A DNA stretch of 64,000 bases from Phoronis australis (taxonomy: Eukaryota > Animalia > Phoronida), in assembly GCA_002633005.1 (NCBI GenBank), contig NMRA01000637.1:129317-193316 (forward strand), read 5' to 3'. The notes beneath the pieces were generated by a model. That model was not told the DNA's origin and ran no database searches. It was given only the letters and a program-made list of their open reading frames with translations. Made by a program: the position numbers and the translations under genes. Of the stretch, positions 49,634 through 62,622 are shown one piece after another; within the stretch, counting starts at the first letter, position 1, and each line of letters opens with the position of its first letter.

Positions 49634-51498
49634 TTTCTATCAAGCTATTACTCTCTTGTGGCCGCCGTTTAGTGAGAGCACGGACGAAGACAGGTACGCG
49701 CTTCAATTTAGTGAAAACAGAAACGCTTATATTTCTGCTGCGATATGAACAGTCAGCATTTTCGCTTCGCGAAGGATAAAGGTATCCATTTGCTGGGAAT
49801 AACAGCACAGTGCAAGAACCTCACAGTGTGCCGAAGTGTCGAGCTAAGCGCTTAGCATCGAAGGCCAATGAAAAATAATGATTGCATCACCTGACGACAG
49901 GAAAGCTCTGTCGTTGGCCCATTCTTACCGAATGTTGGCCTACTATAATAACGTACTTGATTGTATAAAGTGGCTTTCGTCCCCGAAACGTTCAAACGCA
50001 AATAGATGTTCAAGTAGCAAAATTAAAACATCGCCACTAGTACGTCTGCTTTAAAAATGTTACTTGAATATCCGTATTTGTTTATTTTGTGCAATGGTCT
50101 AAAACAATCATATATACATTTTCGGAAATATACCTTTTTATCTCAAGTGCTTCACAAATGCTTACCGGTACTCAGACTGTCGACTAAGGCATTCCTCAGA
50201 GGTCGATACCACTAGCGTACCCCCTTTTTAGTACAGGGGGAATACGTAGATAAGCCCACACGATGACACACCTATGGACGTTTATTTGGAAGTATGCCAA
50301 ATACACGCCCATGGGTGTTACAACTTGTGGTGACAAGTGTCCTGACAGTGGGGTGTTTATTTGGAAATTTTCCTCTTAAAAGCCCACTCAGCGTCAACGT
50401 TTTGTCGCAAATTCAGTTCTGTGGAGCTTTTATCATTTATAAAAACGAACAAGGTGTTGACAAAGAATGCAAAAAATTAAAAATCCAGTTTTAAGTAAAA
50501 GAGTGTCCAGTCAAGTAAACCTATGGCTTTCTGTTTACAAGACCCCTTTTCTGAATAAACGCCCGGGTGTTTAATTGGTGTACCTAAAACGCCTGAAAAT
50601 TATCATTTTTTGATAACACGCTCATGGGCTCATCTATGCAAATTCCCGGTATTTAATAACCTGATGGTAGCATCGTTGTCCACAACAAATTTTTTACGTA
50701 CATGTATGTGACGACACCGCTTTGTTTGCTGTTCTAAGAAGAGCAACGCGGATCGTTGAAATGCGCCCATGAATGCATTGCAAGTGGTGGGCTGAGAGCT
50801 ATTCCGTGACAACAAACCTGTCTTGAACCCTTTCCGATTTGAGCCAAAAATTTTGTTGAATCCCGTAAATCTCCTTTCGATATTTCACTGCAGTTGGCTT
50901 GGAACTGGTCAAAGCTCTGTGTTGTTGCATACATGTACTTATAATTCTTTTATACTTCAAGGACATTTTTGGAAACAGAAAACATTAGCGATTAAAAAAA
51001 GAAACTCTACGGTTGCATAGGCTGGCTTCTAAGATCGTTGAGTTTTGAGCTAAGCTTTTTATGGAATTATGACAGGTACAGTGTCTACAGTGGATCTCGA
51101 ACTCAGGTTGCACGAGCGACAGTCAAGCATCTTAACCATTCAGCCAAGGGGCAATTGCTGGTTAGCAAGCCACTTGAGAGACTTTATCTGACTGTACACG
51201 TAGTCACAACCGGAAGTCACGCTTCACAACAATTTGAATATTTTGTTGTGTCTAAGAGCCTAAGAAGACTTAAATAATCTGTTCGTTCTTTTAAGATGAC
51301 GGTTGTCATTATTGGGTTGCAATTTACAGCAGATCACAGGCACCAATCTCAAGCCGGACACAGAAGGAGCTGCTTCACCAGTCTGTGCACCATTGCAGTC
51401 AGCGACAGCATGAATCCAAATCCCACTGCCATTGCCCATCATCTGTACAACTAATTGTTAGACACTGAGGGATTGCAGTATAAAATGATCACTTACTT

Positions 51499-51679
51499 CA
51501 GTGGCGGATCTAGGATACCATAAGGGGGGGCCAAGATGTTGCCTGGTTGCCTAGGGAATTGGGCACAGACGGCCCGAAAGTTGCGGGAGCTGACGATGTG
51601 GACCTGGTGTTGCTAAATTCTATCGGAGGACTAAAAAAAATTAAAGAAATAAAAACCGAAACACGATTCCGCTGCGCCC
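51499..51679. mobile_element. Truncated copy of the 11075 MITE (right half deleted)
   Basis: CAGTGGCGGATCTAGG start; sequence jumps to the equivalent of ~12344 after GCTGCGCCC. Confidence 0.6.
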
Positions 51680-54247
51680 TGCACATAAGGGCACACCTGT
51701 TTAACTTTTTATATGAATCTCTTTTCATGAGCACAATGTTCTTTGGAAAAATATAACTCCGGAACATTCTCATTAGACTTCTTGTGGTGTTCGAATTGAC
51801 TTTTACAAATGTTTTCAGTTTTCCAAGATAATGTTACAACTGAATCCCAGTCGTTTGCATACAGACGCATATAAGCTCATAGTTATGTGCAAACGGCCAT
51901 TGGGCAGCAAGACGGTATGCCGATGAACAACATTACATTAAAATACCGAAGTCACCTTATTTAAAATCTGGTCAATCATGTTACAAGTGATAGGTCAGCT
52001 AGGGGATAATGTTAATCATAGTTTAGGGTGATGAAATTTTTTCTCCTTGTGATATCAGTGTGTCGGTTTTTAGCAATGCAAAAACATTTTGAAAAGTTTA
52101 TCAAAGCGTAAATTTTAGTTCAATTATACTCTTTGTGTTGTACTTGATTCATTTTATTTGAAATCCTTGTACAACACTGTATCAAAATCAAGGCATCCTC
52201 CTTTTGGTGTTGTTTCAGCTACTGTTTCTTCTTTAGAAAACAACAAATCATATTTCTGTCTGCTTTAATCGGTAGGATGCCTCGTATTCAATGGATATCT
52301 AGTAGTATTCAAAATATTTGAAATTACTTGTAACATATTAACTCTGTAAGAGTCGTGTCTTATTTCCAAAAATTAGGCCTAGCCAGCCTCTGTAACATAA
52401 TAGACTATATAAGTTGGACCGTCAGGTCCCTGTAAGTGTCGCAGTCAATGCTGCAGTCCCTATTTCTGCTATAAGATAACGATGAAAAAATACATGCTTG
52501 TCCAATAGCGAAGAGTGGCAAGAAGTTCCAGGATTTTATTTCCGTCTGTCCTGGCCCATTGTGGTCATTCATTTAGACTGCATGTTTATAATCATAGTGT
52601 CTTATTGTGTATTGTAGCAAACTGCAACACCAAAATTATGCTCATCCAGATTCCGCATTGACATTACGGCTTCCACTTTCTTGTTGTACATGTACATGTA
52701 ATAGTGAAGACAGGGCATCGGTTCACTGTCCTGACATCTTTGAATGATCCACTTGATCGAGTCATGAAAATATGTCCACTGTGCCAATGTGACTGTAACG
52801 CTTCAGGTTGACCATAACAGGACAATTTATGTGGTTTGCTGCTTCAAAGTGAGAAAATACGCAAAATACTATGACGGGAACAGTGTGGGTCAAAATGACC
52901 GTAATGGGACAAGACGAGTCCCGTTATGGTCACCTTGGACTGTTATGGTCACCGTCGGAAATTGGATCGTTCTATGACGTCAGAACATTTGCCAACCTTC
53001 ACAGTTGATCAGCCATCTTTTGATCACTTGATATATGGTACAGTGAGATAAAAATATTTAAATAACAGGTCTACCAGTGAAATCTATATTGACTTTTCCG
53101 TCTGTTATAGTTGATTTTATTGAAAAATTACTTAAAGTGTCTTGTGGATAGCCAAAGATCGAGAAAAGAACTCAATCAAAAAAGAGTAGTCAGATTTCAT
53201 GCGAATTCACTTTACGAGCTCACCAGTATCCTCAGGGTTTCCTGTGACATCACTTGAGCGGATGAAAAGATGCCTGCACGTGACTTTCATTCTGCATAGG
53301 CCGAAAGAACTAAAATTCCTCCAAGACAAGTTTCCTGTATTAGGAAGGCTAGTGATGTAGGTTTTAAATTAATGTTGTACATTCATTAATTACAATAATA
53401 ATCTGAAATTTTTGTAGTTTATTTGGTAGGACTTTGTTGAAGTAAAAAGTACCATTTTTATTTGCTTCAGGGATTTCCTACGGCTTCGAGCTTATGGCTC
53501 TACACGAAAGCCCCCGGCCAACAACGCCTTCGCCCTTCTGTGGACAAGGTGGCCAGTAGGTAAGGAGCTGGTCAGAATTATTGAAAACGTGTAGGCCTAA
53601 AACAGGAATCTGGAAATGAAATCTGGAAACTGAAGGAACGCATGAGCCCTCATATTGCGTCAATTAAATGTACACTTTTGTGTGGTCTTCAAATCAGCAT
53701 CTATTTTGTGATTGTATAAACGTATAAAATTTTCTCCAGAAGTCTACCTTTTTACTCAAGAACACCATTTTACAAAAAGCTGGGTTGTTATTCAAGGTCA
53801 ATCAACGATATTAAATTTGAAGAATCACTGAACGGCGGATTAAAGGGGGGGGGGGACGGAGCGCGCCACCCTGTCAACTCTTCTCCCTTAGCAGCTGCAC
53901 TGAGCTATAGCTACCATAAGCCAGAGAAAAATGAAATAAAGCATTGCAAATGTGCCCAAGATACCCAGAAGCTTACTTCAAGCTTGAAAGCCAGAAATTT
54001 TCTGTCTGCATTACACCCCTTTGAAAATGTTTCTCCTAAAGAAAATAATAATAAATAACGGTAACAACGGATTCCAAACTGACAGAATACCCACCATTTG
54101 GGGTTAAGTAGGAGGATACTTCCCTCCTTTGTTTCGACATGACGACTTTGCGCTTTGAACTGCAGGATTTGTGCTTTTCTTGCAGCGAATTTTGTATTGA
54201 GGTATGTTTAGACGTATCTACGAACTTAACGAACACGGTCACTGCAT

Positions 54248-54296
54248 AGAGAGAGAGGGACGGAGGGAGGGAGGGAGGGTGTGAGAGAGGGAGGGN
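54248..54296. repeat. GA/GGGA microsatellite ending in a single-n gap
   Basis: AGAGAGAGAGGGACGGAGGGAGGGAGGGAGGG..n at 54296. Confidence 0.85.
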
Positions 54297-56783
54297 GATA
54301 TGAATAACTAGTATTGGCAAAAGCTTACTTACATGCCTATGATTCAATATTGAAGTTTTAGTGGGTGTATTATTTCGGAAGATTAATCTAAAACTGTGTT
54401 AGTCAACGTTCGGCTTTTTGGAGGTTTTACAAGTTTTCATTGTGTTTTAAGAGATTGCAGGTGTATTGGTTACTCTGGTGGTGGAGTGCTTTATTGTACT
54501 ATTATCTTATATAGGGAATTCCGTTGTCTCATTGAGAATTGGTAAATATAAAGCATTTTTGAGAGATCAATTTTGACTTTTACTGTCAGACTGGGCACAA
54601 GGGTAAGCATAAGCACCAGTACCCAATTAGCATCTGGTGGAAGTAGAATCCGTCTCACACTTGAATTGGAGGGGCTTGTGTGTGTTTCAAGGAACATGTT
54701 GGTACTGTCTTCTACTTGTTGTTTAATCAATATAGCCATTCTCAATGTAATACGTATTTTGAATTTGCAGCCTACACAGTGGAACAACACGCCTCTTCGA
54801 AAATTGACAGCTAATCAAAAGGTTCACTTATTAACGTAATAGAACGAAATGAGACTTTTTTCCCAGTTTGTGTAAGTCTTTGAAGGGAAATTTACCCACA
54901 ATGTTCACCGCTACAACACCTCAAAACCTGGCGAACAGTGCCCAAACCCACTCACTAACATCACAAACTAGATTTATCTTTTAAAACCCGGCGACGACAC
55001 CTAAAAGACCAACTAAATCAACACATTTTAGAAATATAGGATATGACTCCTAAAACTGCTTTATGAGAACTCATAGGACTCCGTTCAGAAACTTTTGAGA
55101 TCTGATGTTCCGAACTTGACCACAACTGAAGTTTTTCTGGTGTCGTACATGGTCTTTAATTTATTAGGTTTTGGTCTCATTACATTTGAACAACTAAATA
55201 TACTAAATTACAAGAAAAATTTGACAACAATCATTCATAGCTACCACCGCAAAAACACCCAAAGCATTGATGAAAAAAGAAACCCATTTCGATTCCAAAA
55301 TTGACGAAACCATAATTATTTTGGTAACGTGTGGCACCAAGAATTCACGCAACAAAACAGACAAGTGGGAGAACGGTATCGGAAAATTTCCAAGCGCATT
55401 TGTAGTCGGTGCTACCTTTTTCCACAAGTTCGACATCTAAATTAAGTGTATATTAGTTGTACGATATTTTAGTCAGACAACGGTTTGCTCAGATACAAAT
55501 TGTGTGGTCTAAGGAACCACAGTTGCCATTTCCATTTTTGTATTAACTAACTTTAGTCTAACTTTGCCAGGCTTTGAAGAATTGCCTCTGTAGACCTTTA
55601 GCTGCCAGTTTTCTTGTTTATTCCTAATGGGAGAATATAAGCGACAAAAAACACTCTTTAGTCCACGAGTGAGTCTATGGGAAACGAATTGTGTGTCCTA
55701 AGAACCGCTGTGTGTCAGTGCTCATATAAGCCGACTTTTAAAAAACACTTTCCGATAATTAATGTCTCGCATTCATGCAAAGGGTATTATACCAGTTATA
55801 TAACTCTTTGGTGTTTATACATTTTTGGCTTTTAAGTCAACTCAAAAATTAAAATTCATTTGAATACATTTCTAAGACTGCTATATGTTGCGACAAATAA
55901 CCCCGAAAACATACCGACCGAAGCTCAGTTAGAACGGTCTGCTATCAAATCACCCCCGGCACGGCGCTCTTGTCATTAGCATCAGCCACCACCTCCAACA
56001 GCCACTTCCGTTGCAAATCCCGACATGTACTGCATCTAAAGCCACTGTCTCCACCCGTCACGGCGTGGTTTTGCGCGGTGGAGCTGTTAGGTGTGGTCAC
56101 ACTGTCTGTAGTCAGTAGTGGGTAGTAATACACTTTATTCACGTTACGACAAAAATACAATTAATGCAAATTTACGATTATGGAGACTCTGTGAAGGACC
56201 CGAAGAGCCCGCTGACCACGGAGCCACCAGAGAAAAAAAATACAATGTTACAGATAATCAGAATTGCAATTTTTAGGTGATAATGTAATTTAAAAAGCTA
56301 GTATACGTGAAACGAATTCTACGTTTATGTCCTAACCGGTCAATATTGGACAACTCAACCGGTTTGGGCACCACAGAATCTGCCGGTTCATATCAAAGAC
56401 ACGGTTAACTGAATCGCCTCACGCTGCTGTTATCGCTCTCTATATATAGAGACCCGTCATAACACATTGGGTGCAACAACAGTATTTTTGAATTTTCGCT
56501 TTGAAAGCTTGTGAATAGCATATTTGAATAGTTCGTGAAAAGCACACTTGATTAGGTTTTTGAATTGTGAAAATTGGAAAAGATTTGCTACTTTTACAAC
56601 CCTAAAACATTTATTTAATATTGCAATATGTTCCTAATTAATTTTGGTGGATGTGCAACTGCAGCCCAATTTCGCAGTCGCAGTAAACCCAAAGTGTAGT
56701 AACTAGTACTCAGGGGTTGTTTTCGCCCCATAGGGTATTTTTCCATAAGGAGAAAGCTTACACCAGAGTCCGAAATCATTATA

Positions 56784-57862
56784 CACTAGGCCTACTAAAA
56801 AATATTGTATATTTTGTTATGCAACTCAATATTTTTCATGTTTCAAGAATAAATCTAAATTTCATCTCAATGTCATGAAAACCAACATTTAGTAGATAGA
56901 ATGAGATAACAATGCAACTTCTAAGGTGAGATATGAATGGACTACTTTGAATTAGGTCAGGTCAAACATTGCCATTTCGCTTGTGTAGATTGCCCGTGTC
57001 ACCGCAAGCAAACGGCGAAGTGTGAAATGAAAGTGAAAAGAAAATGATCAACATTTAATTTTGAACGTGAGAGCTTTTTATTTTAACACAATCAGTACTC
57101 GATCGGTCCACCATTGGCTCGTACATGTATGCATGACGCAAATCTACATCACAAGATGCTGGGTGACGGTATGAGCGCGAAGAGGTCTTTATATTATCAT
57201 CCATGTCAGTACACAGAGTGTGGGTAGGTATGGCAACTGGATTAAGAATGTTGTCGATATAACGTCTGGAAGTTGAACTGCCCTCAATGACCACAAGCCT
57301 GGTGTTTGCTCCGTGACTGATGCCAGTCGACACCACGACACTCCCGCCATGAAATGAATGCCGTCTGGTGGCGATTTCACGCAAAACTAGCATTTGTTCG
57401 CCACGTCTTCACCAGAATTGAACTCAGCCATTGTTCTTGCGTGAACAAAAACGAGATTCATCTGCAAACACCACAGAATTCCACTGCTGTCTGGTCCAAC
57501 TTTGAGGATGAGTGCACCATCTGCGTCGACATCATCGCGGGACATCGATGGTACATTTCTTGATTTGCGCGCGCAATCTATTGCGTATTGTCTGGCATGA
57601 AATTCGCTGTCCTTCATCCACAAGGATCTGTGACTGGGTTTCTTTAACAGTAAAACCGATATCTCTATAGCCAAGCCGGTTGTCTCTCTTCAAGAAATAT
57701 GTCTTCTTGAATAGCTAACAGCATACTTATTGTATTTGAAGTTTCCCGATTTCAGCTTGACCTAATTAGCACAGCGTGCGCCTTGAAAGAGTTGAGAGGC
57801 GCGAGTGCGTCACAATGTTGGGTTCTCAATTAAGGGAAACAGTTCCTGAATTAGTGTCTAGT
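56784..57862 (-). mobile_element. Decayed Tc1 transposon
   Basis: Minus-strand peptides RRRWCTHPQSWTRQQWNSVVFADESRF and HSFHGGSVVVSTGISHG..LVVIEG..TSRRYIDNIL..DDN match Tc1 DDE transposase motifs; stops present; TIRs eroded, so boundaries are approximate. Confidence 0.85.
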
Positions 57863-58382
57863 ATCATCAATGTATTCATCATACAACACAGATTCTGAAG
57901 AGTTCTGACAAATAAAATGTACACAAAAATAAGTAATAGATGAAGGCTAGTAATTTGTGAGATAACTAAAAAGACATTAATGGTATGTGCACAACAGTTC
58001 AAAACTTACAATTCAAAATCACCAGCGGTACCAAGGACGGGACAATGGTGGCTAAATACAAATGGCAAACGGAAGACGACAAAAACATTCAGCTGAGGAC
58101 CGCACACCATACCTGTGACAAATGCCTGCGTGTCCAGATAAACGTCCTGGCCAGAGGCAAATTTAACAGGCAATAATTATGCAATTGGTTAGGAGTATGA
58201 AGGTGTGTAGGCGGGTGCGGGAACGTGGAGGAATGAAAGTCATTGCTGGCGACCGAAACTGGTCGTGTGACCGCTTACTATATAAGGAAATGACGTCCTG
58301 ACACCCTAAATATAGAAACATTTATGTGTCACGCTTCCGCTGATATTCAACTCCTCCTCAGCATCAAATGAGGACAGATCCA

Positions 58383-58517
58383 TCACTCCATCGCAAAACC
58401 GTTGACTAATCTCAGAAGCAAGTCGCAGTAGTCCCCGGATGTGTCGGCCTTAATCCATTTGTCAAGAGACCGGCCATACAGCGAGAGGAACGCCTCCTTT
58501 ACGTCCACCATATCAAT
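58383..58517 (-). CDS. Annexin, last coding exon (end of repeat 4)
   Basis: TTTCAG|IDMVDVKEAFLSLYGRSLDKWIKADTSGDYCDLLLRLVNGFAME*; DTSGDY annexin motif. Confidence 0.9.
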   Translation of the reverse strand: MDMVDVKEAFLSLYGRSLDKWIKADTSGDYCDLLLRLVNGFAME

Positions 58518-59202
58518 CTGAAATGAACCAAATATTTGTGAAGTTGGAATATGGTTGTTGTAAACACTTGTAAAGCACAGCAATGCTGGTCACGTGAACT
58601 GTTCACTGACATGAGGTGGAACCTACGACCTGACTATGCAACCTATAGAGAGTCTGGGATGCCTCCTCTAGGTGTGGCTATTGATAATCTAATGTCTGGA
58701 CACGATATTCAAGCACGCAAAAGGTATACCCACTCATCCAAGGCTTTACCGCAACCAGGTGGCGGTTTGTCGCTTTATCGCATTTACTTGTAATTGAAAC
58801 TTCATTTGGGCAATCAGCCTCAGGTGAAATTTTGTGTTCAGTGTAAAGAATTTTATAATTATTGGCCTCATAATCACCCATTGTAACCTTTTCCGTAACA
58901 TATGTCAGAGAATCGGGGGAATATGTGCATGATTAAATCAAGATCGCCAATCCAATAGTTGAGTGAAACAGATTGATTAAACTTTATGTCATTTCATTTA
59001 CATGTAATTTGATTTAGTGCAGTGCAGTTTTTTATCTATGTGAACGTGTTTACTTGAGTGAACTTGTCAAATATCCTAGTGTACAACAAACTTACAAACT
59101 ATAATGAACACTAACTCAGACTACCGTTTTAACACTAGGAAAATACGATTCTTAGAAACTATTAATAAACACTTCAATCTAAATCACTCTAAAATATTTT
59201 AA

Positions 59203-60831
59203 AGGAGAATGCCACCCGATTTAATTAGTCTTTTTACCATCTTAATCAGTCTATATCTACATCGCCTCTTATACGGTCGACCTCACATTGCCGAGAGGTG
59301 TCGCGTTAACCTGTGAGGAAGGTGAGAAACGACACAGCGACGTCAGTGGTTCGTCTGCAGAGCGAATGCCGCTATATTGCGGTGCATCGTTTCCGCTTGT
59401 CCGAACTATGAAGATGCGAAGAAAGCGGGTATATCGTTTTTTCGACTTCCTCGAGAGCCCGAAATGCTCAGGAAGTGGCTCGCAGTAGTGAAGAATGAAA
59501 GGTACGCTGTTAATGGCGAGTATGCGGCCGTGAAACATCTCCGTGTCTGTGGCCGCCATTTCGTCGACAGTGATTTCTCTGACGAATTCCGGCTTACCAA
59601 AGAACTATCCATACGTTCCGTTGCCTGTGCATGTTCACGGCGCCTCACTATTATTTCTTGATCAGTGTATTCCGGTTCGAACTGACAGCATGTGAAACTT
59701 AACGATCCGACCCGCGAAATCTTCGTCGGATGAGCTCTTGACTAAGTCGGTAAGAATTCGCGCCGGGCGAGTTGCCATGTAGATGTTTATCATTCTGCGT
59801 TCTGTTTCAAAATGAATTATCCTCATCCTAAAATGATCTTAACCAATGCTTATATGAAACTGAAACAAACCCTGTCTCATTAGATACAATTTGTAATGCC
59901 TTGGAGTGCTCGTGAGTGCAAATGTTTTAAGAAGCCAACAATGAATAAACCACTGTGTTACCGGCTTCTGATGAATGCAACAAAGGAAATTGACCGGCCA
60001 CCGAGGCCGTGTGAGCGCATGCTAATTCGGAGTTTGCTGACAGAAAGCTGTTGTGAAACAATTACTCGATTTTATATGCTATGGTCACATGTTAGGGGAA
60101 TCTTTATTTAGAAATACAAATACATTATTCAAATCATTGTTGCTGTACAAACCTTGGCCCTGACGGTCTGTGGAAGGGTAACTCGACTTCGCGGCCCCCG
60201 ACAAGTAGATTTTTAGTTTCGTGGCTAATTCACATAAACAATTTCGTGCACATTATTTTTTGGCTCACTATTATAGTCTTTTCATGACTGGAGGTTTAGT
60301 TTCCAACTCAAGCTGGTTCATGTTCGCGCCAGTGCCGGCGGCCGCGACGGACGGGTTCCGGGCGAGCCACTGGCCGGGATAACAAGCGTTTTGTGTGTTT
60401 AGAACAATCACTAGTATAAACAACAAAGATATAGGTTCTCCTGTCTGTATTTCATGGAATTTTGAATTTACATGTATCTCCGAACAGACCCCAAACTCCT
60501 GCTCCGGACCTTGGTAAATTGCCGAACTTTGAAGGCTACGGTGTGTCCAGTAAATTCGTTTTTATAAGGACTCGGTGTATTTTTACGGGTTTTACATCGA
60601 AGTTTGATGATTTATTGGTGTTAAACGATGAATTGAAGCGATAAGCTGACACCACTAACCCGTGTTGTGAACTGCTCAGACTGCATGTGAAACCAATTAC
60701 GTCACTGGATAATTTCAACACCTCCGTCTATCGTCAGATGTCAGGTAACGCAACCGAACGTGCCGTTATCGAGTAGAACTACTCGATCTAAATTGATACA
60801 AAATAGGTTGTTTTTTGGGTGGCATTCTCCT
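59203..60831 (+). mobile_element. Non-autonomous Kolobok DNA transposon, copy 2
   Basis: TTAA|AGGAGAATGCCACCC ... GGGTGGCATTCTCCT|TTAA (perfect 15-bp TIR, TTAA TSD); THAP ORF inside. Confidence 0.9.
59377..59661 (+). pseudogene. THAP zinc-finger fragment of Kolobok transposase
   Basis: RCIVSACPN..SFFRLP..RKWL..LRVCGRHF has the C2CH, P, W and F THAP signature; the ATG present in copy 1 is ATA here; no DDE domain. Confidence 0.8.
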
Positions 60832-61354
60832 TTAAGGAACGAATGAATAACACGTAGTCCTGAAAAGGACTGTTGGGTTGAGTCGAATTATACACAAAAT
60901 TCACAAAAAATCGCAACGTCTATCAACGTCGAAGGCTGTCTGCCTGATTAGCCTGCCCGCAATGTAAACAATTCACATGACTGTTTAAACCAGCGCTACC
61001 CAGTGTTAGCGAAGCGGGGGTATTACACACAGCGCCACCTGTTTGCGGTAAAGCCTTGGATGAGTGGGTACCTTTTGCTTCATTGGACGGTGCTAATGAT
61101 ATAAATCCCCTCTTTTAACACAGATCACTAGCTGTTCATCAGTTTGGGAAGGTTTGTCAGCTAAGGACATGACCAGCACTATCTTAGGGGGCGATATTTG
61201 ACTGCAAGACAATCTTGAAAGACATTTGCCGCAGCTAAAGCTTACTGAGCATGGTGCGTGTATTCTAGTAGCATGACCCGCTTATCAGAAAAACAAAGCT
61301 TTTTAAGGGAACACCTGACTGTAGAAAGTAACGGAATAATTCATGGTTCTGTTA

Positions 61355-61456
61355 AGCCATGATATCAGTGTAGCCATGATATCAGTGTAGCCATGATATC
61401 AGTGTAGCCATGATATCAGTGTAGCCATGATATCAGTGTAGCCATGATATCAGTGT
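61355..61456. repeat. 17-bp minisatellite x6 (AGCCATGATATCAGTGT)
   Basis: Six perfect head-to-tail copies, no spacers. Confidence 0.95.
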
Positions 61457-62509
61457 CACCATGCCAATAAACTGCAACGGAAATAATGATATCACTGGTT
61501 GTTATTTTCATTTCACTAGTGATGTCATCCATGATGATGTATCCCTCAAGTTTTGATTAATTCTTAGCATAAAACACACCAAAAACGTTCATAAAATTGG
61601 TGGAGTAAGCGAGTCAACAATTTACTTGCTAAAAATCAACTTTAGTGATGAAAGTCACATTTGCAGGATGAGCATTTGGGTTTTCAATACCAAAAACTTA
61701 CAAATATGCTATCAGTAGTGCATTTTCGGTAAAAATTACCTAAGGAGAGACACCAAGGTGTTTCTGGCTTCAATTACTTTTCATGTCACAAAGTAATTTG
61801 GCAATGAAATGAGTTCCTGATTTTGTCAAAAAACAAAACACCAGGCAAGCAATAACCTGGTTCCCGTGTCTGACTCAAAGTCTTTTTTGACATTTCCCAT
61901 TCTACTTCCGTGTGAATTCACAATAAGTGTGTTATTATGAACTCAGGTATACATGTAGCCATTGATTTATCGTGGGTGACTAACCACAGTATCAAAACTA
62001 ATTTCAAGTTCGCCAAACTCGTAATCTCCAGTTTTCACTGGAGTTCCTAGAACAAGTCTAGGGGTCATCGAGTTCCGAGTAACTCCAGTAAACACTCATA
62101 GTAAACACTACAATAAACTCGAGCATTTTCAGAATGAGAGCTCAAAAACGTTGTAAGTTACATTATTGTAAAAAATCATTTCGTTTTCGTTTTACGCTGG
62201 TAAGTCTGGAGTTTTTCATGAAAATCATAGCACCTCAAAAACAAGTGGAACTTTTTAAAACAATTTCAAACACCATTTTGGAAAGAAGTGTATAAAGAAT
62301 GGTATCTGAAAGGTTCATGTGAATAGGAGCACTTCTTGTATTATTATTATTATTATTAGGCTGAAATAAACAGTTTAAACAAAAATCCACCAATCTTGAG
62401 ACGTGATGTTCCCACATTAGAAAAATCTGGACATTTTCTAGGGTTCTATATAATCAAGCAAGAACATCAGAGAGGTTGAGGCATTCTACCAATCACATAA
62501 CTGACCTAC

Positions 62510-62622
62510 CTCACAGTGAATGACAACCAATCTAGTCAAAGAGTCCTCATCAGTGCTGACACCTGCCATGGCATCATGGAACTGCTCAGCGTAGAAATTA
62601 ATCGGATTTTGGGAAAATTTAA
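62510..62622 (-). CDS. Annexin, penultimate coding exon (start of repeat 4)
   Basis: TTCTAG|(V)KFSQNPINFYAEQFHDAMAGVSTDEDSLTRLVVIHCE|GTAGG; phase 1 in and phase 0 out, in frame with both neighbours; not in the ORF track. Confidence 0.9.

Larger units (their letters stand above)
40640..53616 (+). repeat. Segmental duplication block B (copy of 451-14270)
   Basis: Colinear with block A; has an extra ~240 bp near 41520-41760 and lacks ~1.07 kb corresponding to 11273-12343. Confidence 0.95.
58717..61078. mobile_element. Inverted-repeat element in the annexin last intron, hosting a nested Kolobok
   Basis: GCAAAAGGTATACCCACTCATCCAAGGCTTTACCGCAACCAGGTGGCG (58717-58764) is the near-perfect reverse complement of 61033-61078. 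Confidence 0.7.

Noticed and set aside
55500-55710. Weak inverted repeat, possible MITE (also ~23870-24000 and ~56460-56700)
   Set aside because: Arms too degenerate to define termini or a TSD by eye.
61355-61456. CRISPR-like appearance of the 17-bp and 14-bp (21806) repeats
   Set aside because: No spacers, no cas genes, eukaryotic context.
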